Shown piece after piece: positions 29,602 through 38,701 of a stretch of DNA of 64,000 bases. Position 1 is the first letter of the stretch; each line of letters starts with the position of its first letter. Source of the stretch: Myxococcota bacterium (GTDB lineage: Bacteria; Myxococcota_A; UBA9160; SZUA-336); NCBI GenBank assembly GCA_965247115.1, contig CBDFGR010000003.1:1792001-1856000 (forward strand). The letters run 5' to 3'. Under the pieces are notes generated by a model. That model ran no database searches. It was not told the DNA's origin and was given only the letters and a program-made list of their open reading frames with translations. Position numbers and translations under genes: made by a program.

Positions 29602-30063
29602 ATGACGGCTCCGCCAGCCAGACAGAATCCGGTGATACTCGGACTCCGGAAGGTCTCTGCGGGGCGCCCTCTCTACATGAACGTGCTCTTTGCCTTCTGC
29701 GCCTACATGACCCTGGTGTACCTGCCCTTCGATCTGTTCTGGAAGCCCGCCGCAGAGGATCAGGAAGTGTGGTTCGGCCTCACCCTCACAGGCTGGGCCG
29801 CCAAGGCGACAGAGCCGCTCCATTGGGCGATCTACGCCGCGGGCACCTGGGGCTTTTGGAAGATGCGGCGTTGGATGCATCCCTGGGCGAGCCTCTATGT
29901 GGTTCAGATCGCGCTCGGGATGTTCGTCTGGAACCTTCTCACCGAGGGCAGCCCTGGCTGGTGGGCGGGCGCGATCTCCAGTCTGCCCTTCGCCGCCGTT
30001 GCGTTTGCTCTCTGGTGGCACCGCAGGCTGTTCACCACCGTTCGGGGATCCGTGGCGGGATGA
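29602..30063 (+). CDS. Hypothetical membrane protein
   Basis: About 4 TM segments; overlaps the start of the next gene. Confidence 0.7.
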   Translation: MTAPPARQNPVILGLRKVSAGRPLYMNVLFAFCAYMTLVYLPFDLFWKPAAEDQEVWFGLTLTGWAAKATEPLHWAIYAAGTWGFWKMRRWMHPWASLYVVQIALGMFVWNLLTEGSPGWWAGAISSLPFAAVAFALWWHRRLFTTVRGSVAG

Positions 30064-31763
30064 GCTCCGCGCAGGCGCTGCGCGATCTGCTCGAACGCAT
30101 CGACGGTCGCCAATACGGCTACTACAAGGACCTGGCCCAGCAGAGCTACGAGATCGGTCCCTACACGGTATCCTTCGACCACGTCCAGGGTGATCCCTTT
30201 GCGGCTCCCACGCGCGTCTCCGTGGTGCTGCCGTCAGAGACGCTGCGGCTGCCCGACTGGGCCTGCGCGAATCCAGACGCGCGTCGCGCGAGCGCCGATC
30301 ACCTGCAGCGCGCCGTGCGACGCGAGCTCGCCCGCGTTCCGCGCGGCAGTGGCAGCGGGAAGAGCGGACAGCTCGAGATCGCGCGAATGGGGCAAGAGGT
30401 GCTCGAGCGCAGCGCAGCTCGCGTCTCGCCGGGGGGCATGCTGCGTCTGCGAATCACGGTCGGGCTGCCCGCGTCGGGGCGCAGGATCCGCGGGCGCCAG
30501 GCCAGCGAGCTCTTGCTGGAGCTACTCCCGGAGGCTCTCGACCGCGTGGTCGATGGCATCGACCAGGATGCGCTGCGCAGCTGGGTCCACGCCGTCGAGG
30601 ACCAGGTCGCGTTGCGCGCGCAGCTCGCCGACGTCGGGCTCGTGTCCTTTCTCGCTTCTGGCAGCGGGTTGCCCCGGCGCAGCGGTGCGGACGACCGGCC
30701 GCTCGGCGACCCGATCCGGCTCGAAGTCCCCGAAGGGCTGCGGTGCGAGCTCGACGCTCCGCATGCGGGGACGCTCGTGGGACTCGCCATCCCGGGTGGC
30801 GTCACGCTGATCGTGGGTGGGGGGTATCACGGCAAGTCGACGCTGCTCCAGGCGCTTGCCCTTGGCGTATACGACCACATTCCCGGTGACGGGCGCGAGG
30901 TGTGTGTGAGTTCAGCCGACGCCGTGTGTATCCGTGCGGAGGACGGACGGGCGGTGGGCGGAGTGGACCTCCGCCCGTTTATTCGCGCTCTGCCGCTCGG
31001 GCGCCGGACCGATCGCTTCGAGAGCGACGACGCGTCGGGTAGCACCTCGCAGGCGGCCGCCATCATCGAGGCGCTCGAGGCAGGAGCCAGCGCGCTCCTG
31101 ATCGACGAGGACACCGCGGCGACGAATTTCATGATCCGTGACGCGCGCATGCGGCGCCTGGTACCGCGCGACAAGGAGCCGATTACCCCCTATCTCGATC
31201 GCGTCCGCCAGCTCTGGGAAGAGCGCGGGGTCTCCTCGGTACTGGTTGTCGGCGGCGCTGGCGATTACCTCGACGTCGCCGACCGCGTGATCCGGATGGA
31301 CTCCTACCGGCCGTGCGATGCCACCGCGCAGGCCGTCACCGTGGCGCGGGAGCTTCCGCTGGGCGAGGCAGGAGCGCGCGTGCCGGATCCCTGGACGGAG
31401 GCGGCGCCGCGCATCCCCGATCCCCGTAGCTTCGATCCGAGTCGGGGGCAGCGCTCCGAGCGCGTGCGCAGCGTGAAGACGCGTGCGATCGAGTTCGGTC
31501 GCGAGGAGATCGACGTGTCGCTGCTCTACCAGCTCGTCGACCCTGCGCAGTGTAGGGCGATCGGAGACGCACTGCTGCGGCTCTCTCGATCGCTGTGCGA
31601 CGGCACAAGGAGCGTGCCCGAGCTGCTCGACGAGATCGACGCCCGGATCGAAGCTGGAGGCCTCGAGGAGATCACCGAGCCGAGCTTTGGCGACCGGGCG
31701 CGGCCGCGTCGCTACGAGATCGCGTCCGCCCTGAACCGGATGCGCACGCTCGCGCTCCTCTAA
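30060..31763 (+). CDS. ABC-class P-loop ATPase domain protein (COG3044-like)
   Basis: HVQGDPFAAP, GGGYHGKST, IRAEDGR, ASGSTSQAA, LLIDEDTAATNFMIRD. Confidence 0.9.
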   Translation: MSSAQALRDLLERIDGRQYGYYKDLAQQSYEIGPYTVSFDHVQGDPFAAPTRVSVVLPSETLRLPDWACANPDARRASADHLQRAVRRELARVPRGSGSGKSGQLEIARMGQEVLERSAARVSPGGMLRLRITVGLPASGRRIRGRQASELLLELLPEALDRVVDGIDQDALRSWVHAVEDQVALRAQLADVGLVSFLASGSGLPRRSGADDRPLGDPIRLEVPEGLRCELDAPHAGTLVGLAIPGGVTLIVGGGYHGKSTLLQALALGVYDHIPGDGREVCVSSADAVCIRAEDGRAVGGVDLRPFIRALPLGRRTDRFESDDASGSTSQAAAIIEALEAGASALLIDEDTAATNFMIRDARMRRLVPRDKEPITPYLDRVRQLWEERGVSSVLVVGGAGDYLDVADRVIRMDSYRPCDATAQAVTVARELPLGEAGARVPDPWTEAAPRIPDPRSFDPSRGQRSERVRSVKTRAIEFGREEIDVSLLYQLVDPAQCRAIGDALLRLSRSLCDGTRSVPELLDEIDARIEAGGLEEITEPSFGDRARPRRYEIASALNRMRTLALL

Positions 31764-31867
31764 GCGTCGTCCCCCCGGGTACAATGCGGGTCACGAACGA
31801 GCCGGCGTCCACCTGCACAACCGCGGTCGGTTTGTAGAATCCAACGCTCGTCAAGGAGGCTGTTCTG

Positions 31868-32725
31868 ATGGACTACCAGGAGATCGAGTACGCCGTCGAG
31901 GATCGCGTTCTGACGCTCACGCTGAACCGTCCCGAGAAGCTGAACGCCTACACGAATCAGATGCAGACAGAGCTGATCGACGCGATCGATCGGGCGGACG
32001 CGGACGACGCGGTGCGCGCCATCATTGTAACGGGTGCGGGTCGTGGCTTCTGTGCGGGCGCGGATCTGTCCAGGGGGCCGGGGACCTTCGACCGGAGCGC
32101 GGGCGGTCGAGCTGGCTCCGAGGAGCTGCGGGACGGGGGAGGGCTGCTGACGCTGCGGCTCTACGAGTGCCAGAAGCCGCTGATCGCCGCGATCAACGGG
32201 CCCGCGGTCGGCGTGGGCATCACCATGACCCTGGCCATGGACATCCGCCTGGCGTCGGAGACGGCGAGGATCGGCTTCGTCTTTGCTCGGCGGGGACTCG
32301 TTCCGGAGGCCTGCTCGAGCTGGTTCCTGCCGCGTGTGGTCGGCATGAGCCGCGCGCTGGAGTGGGTCTACTCCGGACGTGTGTTCCCGGCGAGCGAGGC
32401 GGTGGAAGCGGGCCTGGTGCGGAGTCTGCACGCTCCCGACGAGCTACTGCCCGCGGCCCGCGAAATCGCGCGTGAGATCGCAGACAACACCTCTGCGGTG
32501 TCGGTCGCCCTTACGCGTCAGATGCTCTGGAAGATGCTCGGTGCGGACCATCCGATGGAGGCGCACAAGATCGACTCCCGGGCCATCGATGCCTGCGGCG
32601 CGGGCAGTGACGCGCGCGAGGGAGTGGCGTCGTTCCTCGAGAGGCGGCCGGCTAGCTTCACGCTCAGCCCGAGCAAGGACATGCCGGACTTCTTCCCCTG
32701 GTGGAAGGAGCGCGAGTTCTCCTGA
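31868..32725 (+). CDS. Enoyl-CoA hydratase/crotonase
   Basis: LNRPEKLNA, FCAGADL, AINGPAVGVG, PEACSSW. Confidence 0.95.
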   Translation: MDYQEIEYAVEDRVLTLTLNRPEKLNAYTNQMQTELIDAIDRADADDAVRAIIVTGAGRGFCAGADLSRGPGTFDRSAGGRAGSEELRDGGGLLTLRLYECQKPLIAAINGPAVGVGITMTLAMDIRLASETARIGFVFARRGLVPEACSSWFLPRVVGMSRALEWVYSGRVFPASEAVEAGLVRSLHAPDELLPAAREIAREIADNTSAVSVALTRQMLWKMLGADHPMEAHKIDSRAIDACGAGSDAREGVASFLERRPASFTLSPSKDMPDFFPWWKEREFS

Positions 32726-32735
32726 GCTGCGTCGA

Positions 32736-33344
32736 TCAGGCCTTGGCGCTGGGACGGCTCGAGACGGCCTCGTGCCAGCGCGTGAGGTTCTTCAGCTCTG
32801 GCGGGATTCGGTACTGGATCACGCGGCCGAAGTCGACCCCGATCAGCGCCGTGATGTCGGCGATGGAGTAGCGCTCGCCGGCTACGAACTCGCGCTCTCC
32901 CAGCACCCCATCGAGCCACTCGAGCCGGGACACGGCCGCCTCCCTGCAGACCTTGCCGTACTCGGGCACCTGCGGGATCCGACCCTTGAAGAAGTCGCTC
33001 GTGTTGCGAAAGCAGCCGGCCACGTTGGACAGGACCTCGAGTTCCATGCGGCGCTGCCACATCTCGACCCTGGCAGTGTCCTCGGTGCCCACGCCCATGA
33101 GCGGTGGCTCCGGATTGGTCCCCTCGAAGTAGCGGCAGATGGCGACGCTCTCGGCGATGTAGCTGCCGTCGTCGAGTTCGAGGACGGGCACCCTTCCCAG
33201 CGGGTTCTTCGCGAGGAACTCCGGCTCGTGATGCTCTTGCTTGCCCAGGTCGATCTGCTGGGTTGGTACCTCGATTCCCTTCTCGGCCAGGAAAACACGC
33301 ACGCGGCGCGGATTCGGAGCCATGGTGGTGTCGTAGAGCTTCAT
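32736..33344 (-). CDS. Glutathione S-transferase
   Basis: APNPRRVRVFLAEKG, NPLGRVPVL, ESVAICRY, SIADI. Confidence 0.93.
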   Translation of the reverse strand: MKLYDTTMAPNPRRVRVFLAEKGIEVPTQQIDLGKQEHHEPEFLAKNPLGRVPVLELDDGSYIAESVAICRYFEGTNPEPPLMGVGTEDTARVEMWQRRMELEVLSNVAGCFRNTSDFFKGRIPQVPEYGKVCREAAVSRLEWLDGVLGEREFVAGERYSIADITALIGVDFGRVIQYRIPPELKNLTRWHEAVSSRPSAKA

Positions 33345-33419
33345 CTGCGCTCCTCCTCGTCGGCGCCAGCGGCAGGCGCGTGGGGAGGGCATTCTACACG
33401 GCGCGGGACGAAAGCTACC

Positions 33420-33944
33420 ATGCCCCCAGTGCAAGAGATTCGGGTCGAAAAGGAGCTCGCTGTGGCGCCGGAGGTCGCCTGGGAGCGCTTCACCGATCAC
33501 CTTGGCTGGGCGGAGTGGACGGGTGCCAGGGAGGTGGTCCTGCGGCAGGAAGGAGACCCGGCGCCCAACGGGCTCGGGGCGATCCGGGTGCTGCACGCGC
33601 ACGGTCTGGCGGTCGAGGAAGAGGTCATCGCCTTCGAGCCTCCGAGACGCTTGCGGTATCGGGTGGTCGCCGGACTCCCGATCCGCGACCACACCGGCGA
33701 GGTCGAGTTCGAGCCGAGCGGCGCAGCAACGCGCCTGACCTGGACCATCCGCTTTCGCCCCCTCGTTCCAGGCACAGGCCGCCTCGCAAGGTGGGCGCTC
33801 CAGAAAGCCCTCCAGAACACCCTACAGCGCCTCTCCGAAGACCTCGCCCCCCCAGACCCCCGAGACAACAGCCCCACCCCCAACCCCCAAAGAACCGCAC
33901 GTAGAACTCAAGGACCGTTCCTACGTTCTGATCCGCCCCAGTGA
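33420..33944 (+). CDS. SRPBCC/polyketide cyclase family protein with a low-complexity C-terminal tail
   Basis: APEVAW...GLGAIR...FEPPRRLRY...TRLTWTI. Confidence 0.8.
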   Translation: MPPVQEIRVEKELAVAPEVAWERFTDHLGWAEWTGAREVVLRQEGDPAPNGLGAIRVLHAHGLAVEEEVIAFEPPRRLRYRVVAGLPIRDHTGEVEFEPSGAATRLTWTIRFRPLVPGTGRLARWALQKALQNTLQRLSEDLAPPDPRDNSPTPNPQRTARRTQGPFLRSDPPQ

Positions 33945-34045
33945 CCAGAAGTTCCGACTTCGGCCAAACAAGTTCGGATTAGGGACCGTCCCCAAGTTCG
34001 GATTCCGTGGAGAACCGGCAACCTCGTACGGGGCTTAGCAACCTT

Positions 34046-34137
34046 GCAAGCGCCGCGGAGCGCGGCGCGCGCAGCGAAGGCCGCAGGCCTGAGCGGAGGT
34101 GGGTGGGCCGCGGCCGCCCGCGGCCCGGGTCCCACAG
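34046..34137. repeat. Full copy of the dispersed palindromic repeat
   Basis: gcaagcgccgcg...gcgcagcgaaggccgcaggcctgagcggaggtgggtgg...gggtcccacag. Confidence 0.9.
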
Positions 34138-34384
34138 GGAAAGAAAAGGGGCGGAAGCACCAACAGCGGATCCCCCCCAAGTCCCGGCATGTCAGCGCTC
34201 CCGCCCTCCCCCTACATCCCTGGGGAACAGGAGTCACCGCCTTGTATCGACAGCTGCTAGCAAGTCTTGAGCAACTTCTGCGCAGGGAACGTGCAAAATG
34301 GGCTGACTCGATCGGTCCGTGGGCGACGTGGTCGGACATCAGGGGACAGGACCGCCAGGGGCTCCGCACCGGGCCGCGATCCGC

Positions 34385-34798
34385 TCACGGACGCGGCGCG
34401 AACTCCTTCAGGATCTCGAGCGGGATTCGGCGCGGTTTCTGGGTCTCTTTGTCGGTAAAGGCCCACTGGGTCGTGCTCGTGACGTACTCGAGACCATCGG
34501 CTGGTCGGGTGAACCGGCATCTGCGTACGCTTCGGGCGCCGCGCAGCGAGTCGACCCAGGTCTCTTCCACGATCTCCTCGCCGCGCAGGGCGGAGCGGAG
34601 GTAGTCGATCTCGTGGCGGCGCACGATCCACTGGCCGCCGAGCGCACGCACGGTTTTCCAATCGAGGCCGCGCGCGCTGGAGTGCGCGTCGGCGAGCTCG
34701 ACGATGAACCTGACCCAGACCGTGTTGTTTACGTGGCCGAGACCGTCCACGTCTTCGGCAGCGACGACTCTCCTGCGCCGATATACGTCCTTGCTCAT
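34385..34798 (-). CDS. Acyl-CoA thioesterase (4HBT/YbgC hotdog fold)
   Basis: DVDGLGHVNN, VRRHEIDYLRSA. Confidence 0.9.
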   Translation of the reverse strand: MSKDVYRRRRVVAAEDVDGLGHVNNTVWVRFIVELADAHSSARGLDWKTVRALGGQWIVRRHEIDYLRSALRGEEIVEETWVDSLRGARSVRRCRFTRPADGLEYVTSTTQWAFTDKETQKPRRIPLEILKEFAPRP

Positions 34799-35673
34799 GC
34801 GTCTTCAGCGGCGTCTTCCGCGGCGACCTGCTCCACGTACTCCCGGTAGGGGGAGACGGGCATCGCCTCGGTGGCCTGCAGCAAGGCCGGCCGGTCGATG
34901 AACCCCTGCCGGTAGGCGACCTCTTCCAGGCAGGCGATCTTCAAGCCCTGCCGTCGCTCGATGGCCGCGATGAACTCTGCGGCCTCCAGCAGGCTCTCGT
35001 GCGTACCCGTATCGAGCCACGCAATCCCTCGCCCGAGTCGGACGGCGCGCAGCTTCCCCAGCTCGAGATACGCGCGGTTCAGGTCCGTGATCTCGAGCTC
35101 TCCCCGCGCCGAGGGCTTGAGCGACCGTGCGTGCTCGACGACGTTTCCGTCGTAGAGGTAGATGCCCGGCACGGCGAGGTTCGACCTCGGAACGGTCGGC
35201 TTCTCCTCCAGGTGTGCGACCCCGCCGTCCGCGTCGATCACGACCACGCCGTAGCGCTCGGCATCGCGCACCGGGTAGCCGAAGATCAGAGCGCCGTCGC
35301 GAAACTCGCGCACGATCTGGTCCAGGTTCATGCGCCCGTAGAACAGGTTGTCGCCGAGGATCAGCGCGACGGGCTCCCCGTCGATGAACTCCTCGGCAAC
35401 GAGGAAGGCCTGGGCGATGCCCTTCGGTTGCGCCTGCGCCGCGTACGAGAGCTCGATCCCCCACGTCGAGCCGTCGCCGAGCAGGGTCTCGAAGCGCGGC
35501 AGGTCCTGTGGAGTGGAGATGATGAGGATGTCGCGGATGCCGGCCAGCATCAGCGTGGCTAGCGGATAGAAGATCATCGGCTTGTCGTACACGGTCTGGA
35601 GCTGCTTGCTCATGACGCGGCTCATGGGATACAGCCGCGTGCCGAGACCGCCTGCGAGCACGATTCCCTTCAC
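34795..35673 (-). CDS. rfbA: Glucose-1-phosphate thymidylyltransferase
   Basis: [38 protein letters not shown]. Confidence 0.96.
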   Translation of the reverse strand: MKGIVLAGGLGTRLYPMSRVMSKQLQTVYDKPMIFYPLATLMLAGIRDILIISTPQDLPRFETLLGDGSTWGIELSYAAQAQPKGIAQAFLVAEEFIDGEPVALILGDNLFYGRMNLDQIVREFRDGALIFGYPVRDAERYGVVVIDADGGVAHLEEKPTVPRSNLAVPGIYLYDGNVVEHARSLKPSARGELEITDLNRAYLELGKLRAVRLGRGIAWLDTGTHESLLEAAEFIAAIERRQGLKIACLEEVAYRQGFIDRPALLQATEAMPVSPYREYVEQVAAEDAAEDA

Positions 35674-35769
35674 GCTCGAATCGATATCCTTTCCGCCCCT
35701 TTTACGCCATCGGAGCTAGAGAGGCCCACACGTTCGCAAGACGGGACCGCCAGAGCCCGCGCCGAGACT

Positions 35770-35920
35770 GCAAGCGCCCCGCCAAAGCGCCCCGCAAGCG
35801 CACCCGCAAGCGCCGCGAATGCGGCGCGCGCAGCGAGCCGAAGGCGAGCGAAGAGTGGGTGGCCGCGGACGCCCGCGGCCGGGTCCCACAAGACCCACAA
35901 GACCCACAAGACCCACAAGA
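35770..35920. repeat. Dispersed repeat copy (35806-35892) with both termini iterated
   Basis: Four imperfect (gc)aagcgc units on the left; (cccacaaga)x4 at 35885-35920. Confidence 0.9.
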
Positions 35921-35984
35921 CTACTTGCCCGGGCGGGGCGGGTGTTGTACAGAGGGATGCGCAGCGGAGGGAGTGGAGCATAGG

Positions 35985-36152
35985 ATGGCCAAGGGCGCGC
36001 GCGAGAAGATCAAACTGGAAAGCTCGGCGGGGACCGGCTTCTTCTACACCACGACGAAGAATCGCCAGAAGACCCCGGACAAGATCGAGCTCAAAAAGTA
36101 CGATCCCGTGGTCCGCAAGCACGTCCTGTTCAAGGAAGCAAAGCTCAAGTAA
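35985..36152 (+). CDS. rpmG: 50S ribosomal protein L33 (Cys-free form)
   Basis: [26 protein letters not shown]...[15 protein letters not shown]. Confidence 0.97.
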   Translation: MAKGAREKIKLESSAGTGFFYTTTKNRQKTPDKIELKKYDPVVRKHVLFKEAKLK

Positions 36153-36407
36153 TCGCGGCCCCCCGGAAGCTCAGTTGCCGAGCTCTGCTCGCGCTACCCC
36201 GATCGGAACTCTGCGAAGGTTGCCTCGGGAGATCGAGGATCGCCTCGGTTGACCGAAGACAGACCCCGTTGTAACGTCGGCCCGCTCGGCGGAGAAGCGC
36301 ATCGAAAGGCCGTTCTGTCGTCGAGCTCCACTGGTGCACTCCCGATCGGGGGGTGGGAGACGATCCGTACCTCCCGCCGTTCCCGTAACGAAAGGACAGG
36401 GACGGTC

Positions 36408-37370
36408 TTGTCTCCCCTCGACGAGCGCCTGAAGACTCGAGCGCAACGCGCTGGTCTGACTCTGGGAGCTCTGACTCTGCTCGCCTACCTCCTGATCGTG
36501 CTCGGCGCGGTCGTGCGGGCAAAGGGCGCCGGGCTGGCATGTCCAGACTGGCCGCTCTGCTTCGGCCAGGCGATTCCCCCGTTCGACACCAGAATCGCGC
36601 TCGAGTGGGCTCACCGGGTGCTGGCGGGCCTCGTCTCCCTGGGGCTCGTGGGCACAAGCGTGTTCGTGCTGCGAACGCCCGAACTGCGGCGCGTGTCGGC
36701 CCGGTCCTTTGTCCTCGCGTTGCTCTTGCTCACCACTCAGGTGCTGCTCGGGGGGCTCACGGTTCTGCTGGGCCTGGCGCCGTGGACTGTGACCGCGCAC
36801 CTGCTCGTCGGAAATGCACTGTGTGGAACCATGCTCTGGACGTCCCGGGATCTGATCGAGGCGGGGCGCACCCGTCCTGCCGCGTCCAGCCCCCTCTCCA
36901 CCGCCGGCGCCTCGCTGCTCGCGCTCTTCAGCCTGCTCCTGGTCGTGCAGATGCTGCTGGGAGGGATGGTCTCGAGCCATCTCGCGGGCCTGGCGTGCTC
37001 GACTTTCCCTACCTGCAACGGCGACTCGATCGCGCCCACCTTCTCGGGTCTGGTCGGGATCCACGTCATCCACCGGCTGAACGGGTGCGCACTGGCCCTC
37101 TGCTGTGCCGCTCTCGTGTGGCTCGTCCGGGGCAGCGGTCGGACCCGGGCGCTCGCGGCTCTCTGCCTCCACCTCGTCGTACTGCAGATCGTGGTGGGAG
37201 CCGTCAACGTGCTCGGTGCGCTTCCCGTGGAGATCACCGCGCTCCATTCGGCACTTGCCGCGGCGCTCGTGCTCGCGACGCTGCTCTTGACTCGAGAAGC
37301 CCTGCTCGCCCAGAGAGCCGCCGCGCCCTCGGAGAGGACGCTCGGACGCGTGCTGGAGTCCACGGGATGA
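36408..37370 (+). CDS. ctaA: Heme A synthase (CtaA/COX15)
   Basis: GLACPDWPLC, EWAHR, TAHL, HR and TALH His motifs. Confidence 0.92.
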   Translation: MSPLDERLKTRAQRAGLTLGALTLLAYLLIVLGAVVRAKGAGLACPDWPLCFGQAIPPFDTRIALEWAHRVLAGLVSLGLVGTSVFVLRTPELRRVSARSFVLALLLLTTQVLLGGLTVLLGLAPWTVTAHLLVGNALCGTMLWTSRDLIEAGRTRPAASSPLSTAGASLLALFSLLLVVQMLLGGMVSSHLAGLACSTFPTCNGDSIAPTFSGLVGIHVIHRLNGCALALCCAALVWLVRGSGRTRALAALCLHLVVLQIVVGAVNVLGALPVEITALHSALAAALVLATLLLTREALLAQRAAAPSERTLGRVLESTG

Positions 37371-38236
37371 GCGCCCTCGCGAGCTACGCCGCGCTCACCA
37401 AGCCACGGCTCCTGCCGCTCGTTCTGTTCAGCGGAACTCCCGCGCTCGTCATGGCGGCCGGCGGCTGGCCCTCGCTCTCGCTCGCCGTTGCGACGCTGCT
37501 CGGAACCGCGCTGGCCGCCGGATCCGCGGCCGCACTGAACAGCTACATGGAGCGCGACCTGGACGCGCGTATGGAGCGCACGCGCGGGCGGCCCCTTCCC
37601 GCTGGCGAGCTCAGCGCCAGGAACGCACTGCTCTTTGGCCTGGTGCTTGGCGTGCTTGGGACGGGTACGCTCCTTGCTGCCGTTGGCGCGGTGCCGGCGT
37701 TGGTCGCGCTGGCGGCGATCCTGTTCTACGTGTTCGTGTACACGCTCTGGCTCAAGCCCCGCACGCCGCTGGCGGTCGTGATCGGGGGTGCGTCGGGGGC
37801 CGTCTCGCCGCTGATCGCCGACGCTGCCATCGGCGGTGGCATCGGCATTGCCGGGTGGCTGCTGTTCGCGATCATTTTCATGTGGCAGCCTCCGCACTTC
37901 TACGCGATCGCTCTCTCCAGGAAGAGCGACTACGCGAACGCCGGGCTGCCGATGCTCCACGACCGGATTGGTGACGCCGCGACAACGCGCAGAATCGTCG
38001 CGTGGATCGTGGCACTGCTTCCTGTGACACTTCTTCCTGTAGCCCTCAACCTGCTGGGTCCGCTCTATGGCGCCGTTGCGCTCGGGCTTGGCGGGTGGTT
38101 TCTCTACCAGGGCGTCCAGCTGCTGCGCAGAAGAAGTGTGGAGTCGGCGAGGAGATTGTTCCGGGTCTCGCTCGTCTATCTGCTCGGAATTTTCGGTGCC
38201 ATGATCTGCGATCTGGCGTTGAGAGGGCTACTCTGA
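37367..38236 (+). CDS. cyoE: Protoheme IX farnesyltransferase (heme O synthase)
   Basis: LTKPR, DLDARMERTRGRPLP, YTLWLK, WQPPHFYA. Confidence 0.95.
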   Translation: MSALASYAALTKPRLLPLVLFSGTPALVMAAGGWPSLSLAVATLLGTALAAGSAAALNSYMERDLDARMERTRGRPLPAGELSARNALLFGLVLGVLGTGTLLAAVGAVPALVALAAILFYVFVYTLWLKPRTPLAVVIGGASGAVSPLIADAAIGGGIGIAGWLLFAIIFMWQPPHFYAIALSRKSDYANAGLPMLHDRIGDAATTRRIVAWIVALLPVTLLPVALNLLGPLYGAVALGLGGWFLYQGVQLLRRRSVESARRLFRVSLVYLLGIFGAMICDLALRGLL

Positions 38237-38691
38237 TGCGTGTACTCGTCGCTTCGCTCGTGCTCCTGCTGATCAGCACCGGGTGCGGAGATCAGGCTCC
38301 GCCTCCCGCAGCCGAGCCGCAGATGCAAGAGCCCGCTCCACCGCCACGACCTGCGCCTGCGCCCGAGCCGGCGGTTTCGCCACCAGCTGCGGAAGGCCTG
38401 CGCGGCGACGCTCTGGCCGGGGGGAACACGTACAATCTGTACTGTGCGACCTGTCACGGGCGGAGCGGTAAGGGCGACGGGCCCGCGGGAATGGCGCTCG
38501 ATCCCAAGCCCCGGGATCACACCGATGCGGCGTACATGGCCGGAGTGAGTGATGAGTACCTCTACAACGTGATCAAGATGGGCGGTACGTCCGTTGGCAA
38601 GTCTCCGCTCATGGCTCCGTGGGGCGGGGTCGTCAACGAGCAAGGCCTGCGCGATCTCGTCGCCTACGTGCGGTCACTCTCGGGAACGTAG
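38236..38691 (+). CDS. Monoheme cytochrome c lipoprotein
   Basis: Lipobox-like STGC, Pro-rich linker, CATCHG, distal Met (PLMAPW). Confidence 0.9.
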   Translation: MRVLVASLVLLLISTGCGDQAPPPAAEPQMQEPAPPPRPAPAPEPAVSPPAAEGLRGDALAGGNTYNLYCATCHGRSGKGDGPAGMALDPKPRDHTDAAYMAGVSDEYLYNVIKMGGTSVGKSPLMAPWGGVVNEQGLRDLVAYVRSLSGT

Positions 38692-38701
38692 TCCGGGCAC
38701 G

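Noticed and set aside
34795..35673. Polysaccharide biosynthesis island around rfbA
   Set aside because: Single gene with no rfbBCD or glycosyltransferases nearby
35885..35920. CRISPR array or contingency microsatellite
   Set aside because: 9-bp units without spacers and no cas genes; the units match the terminus of the dispersed repeat
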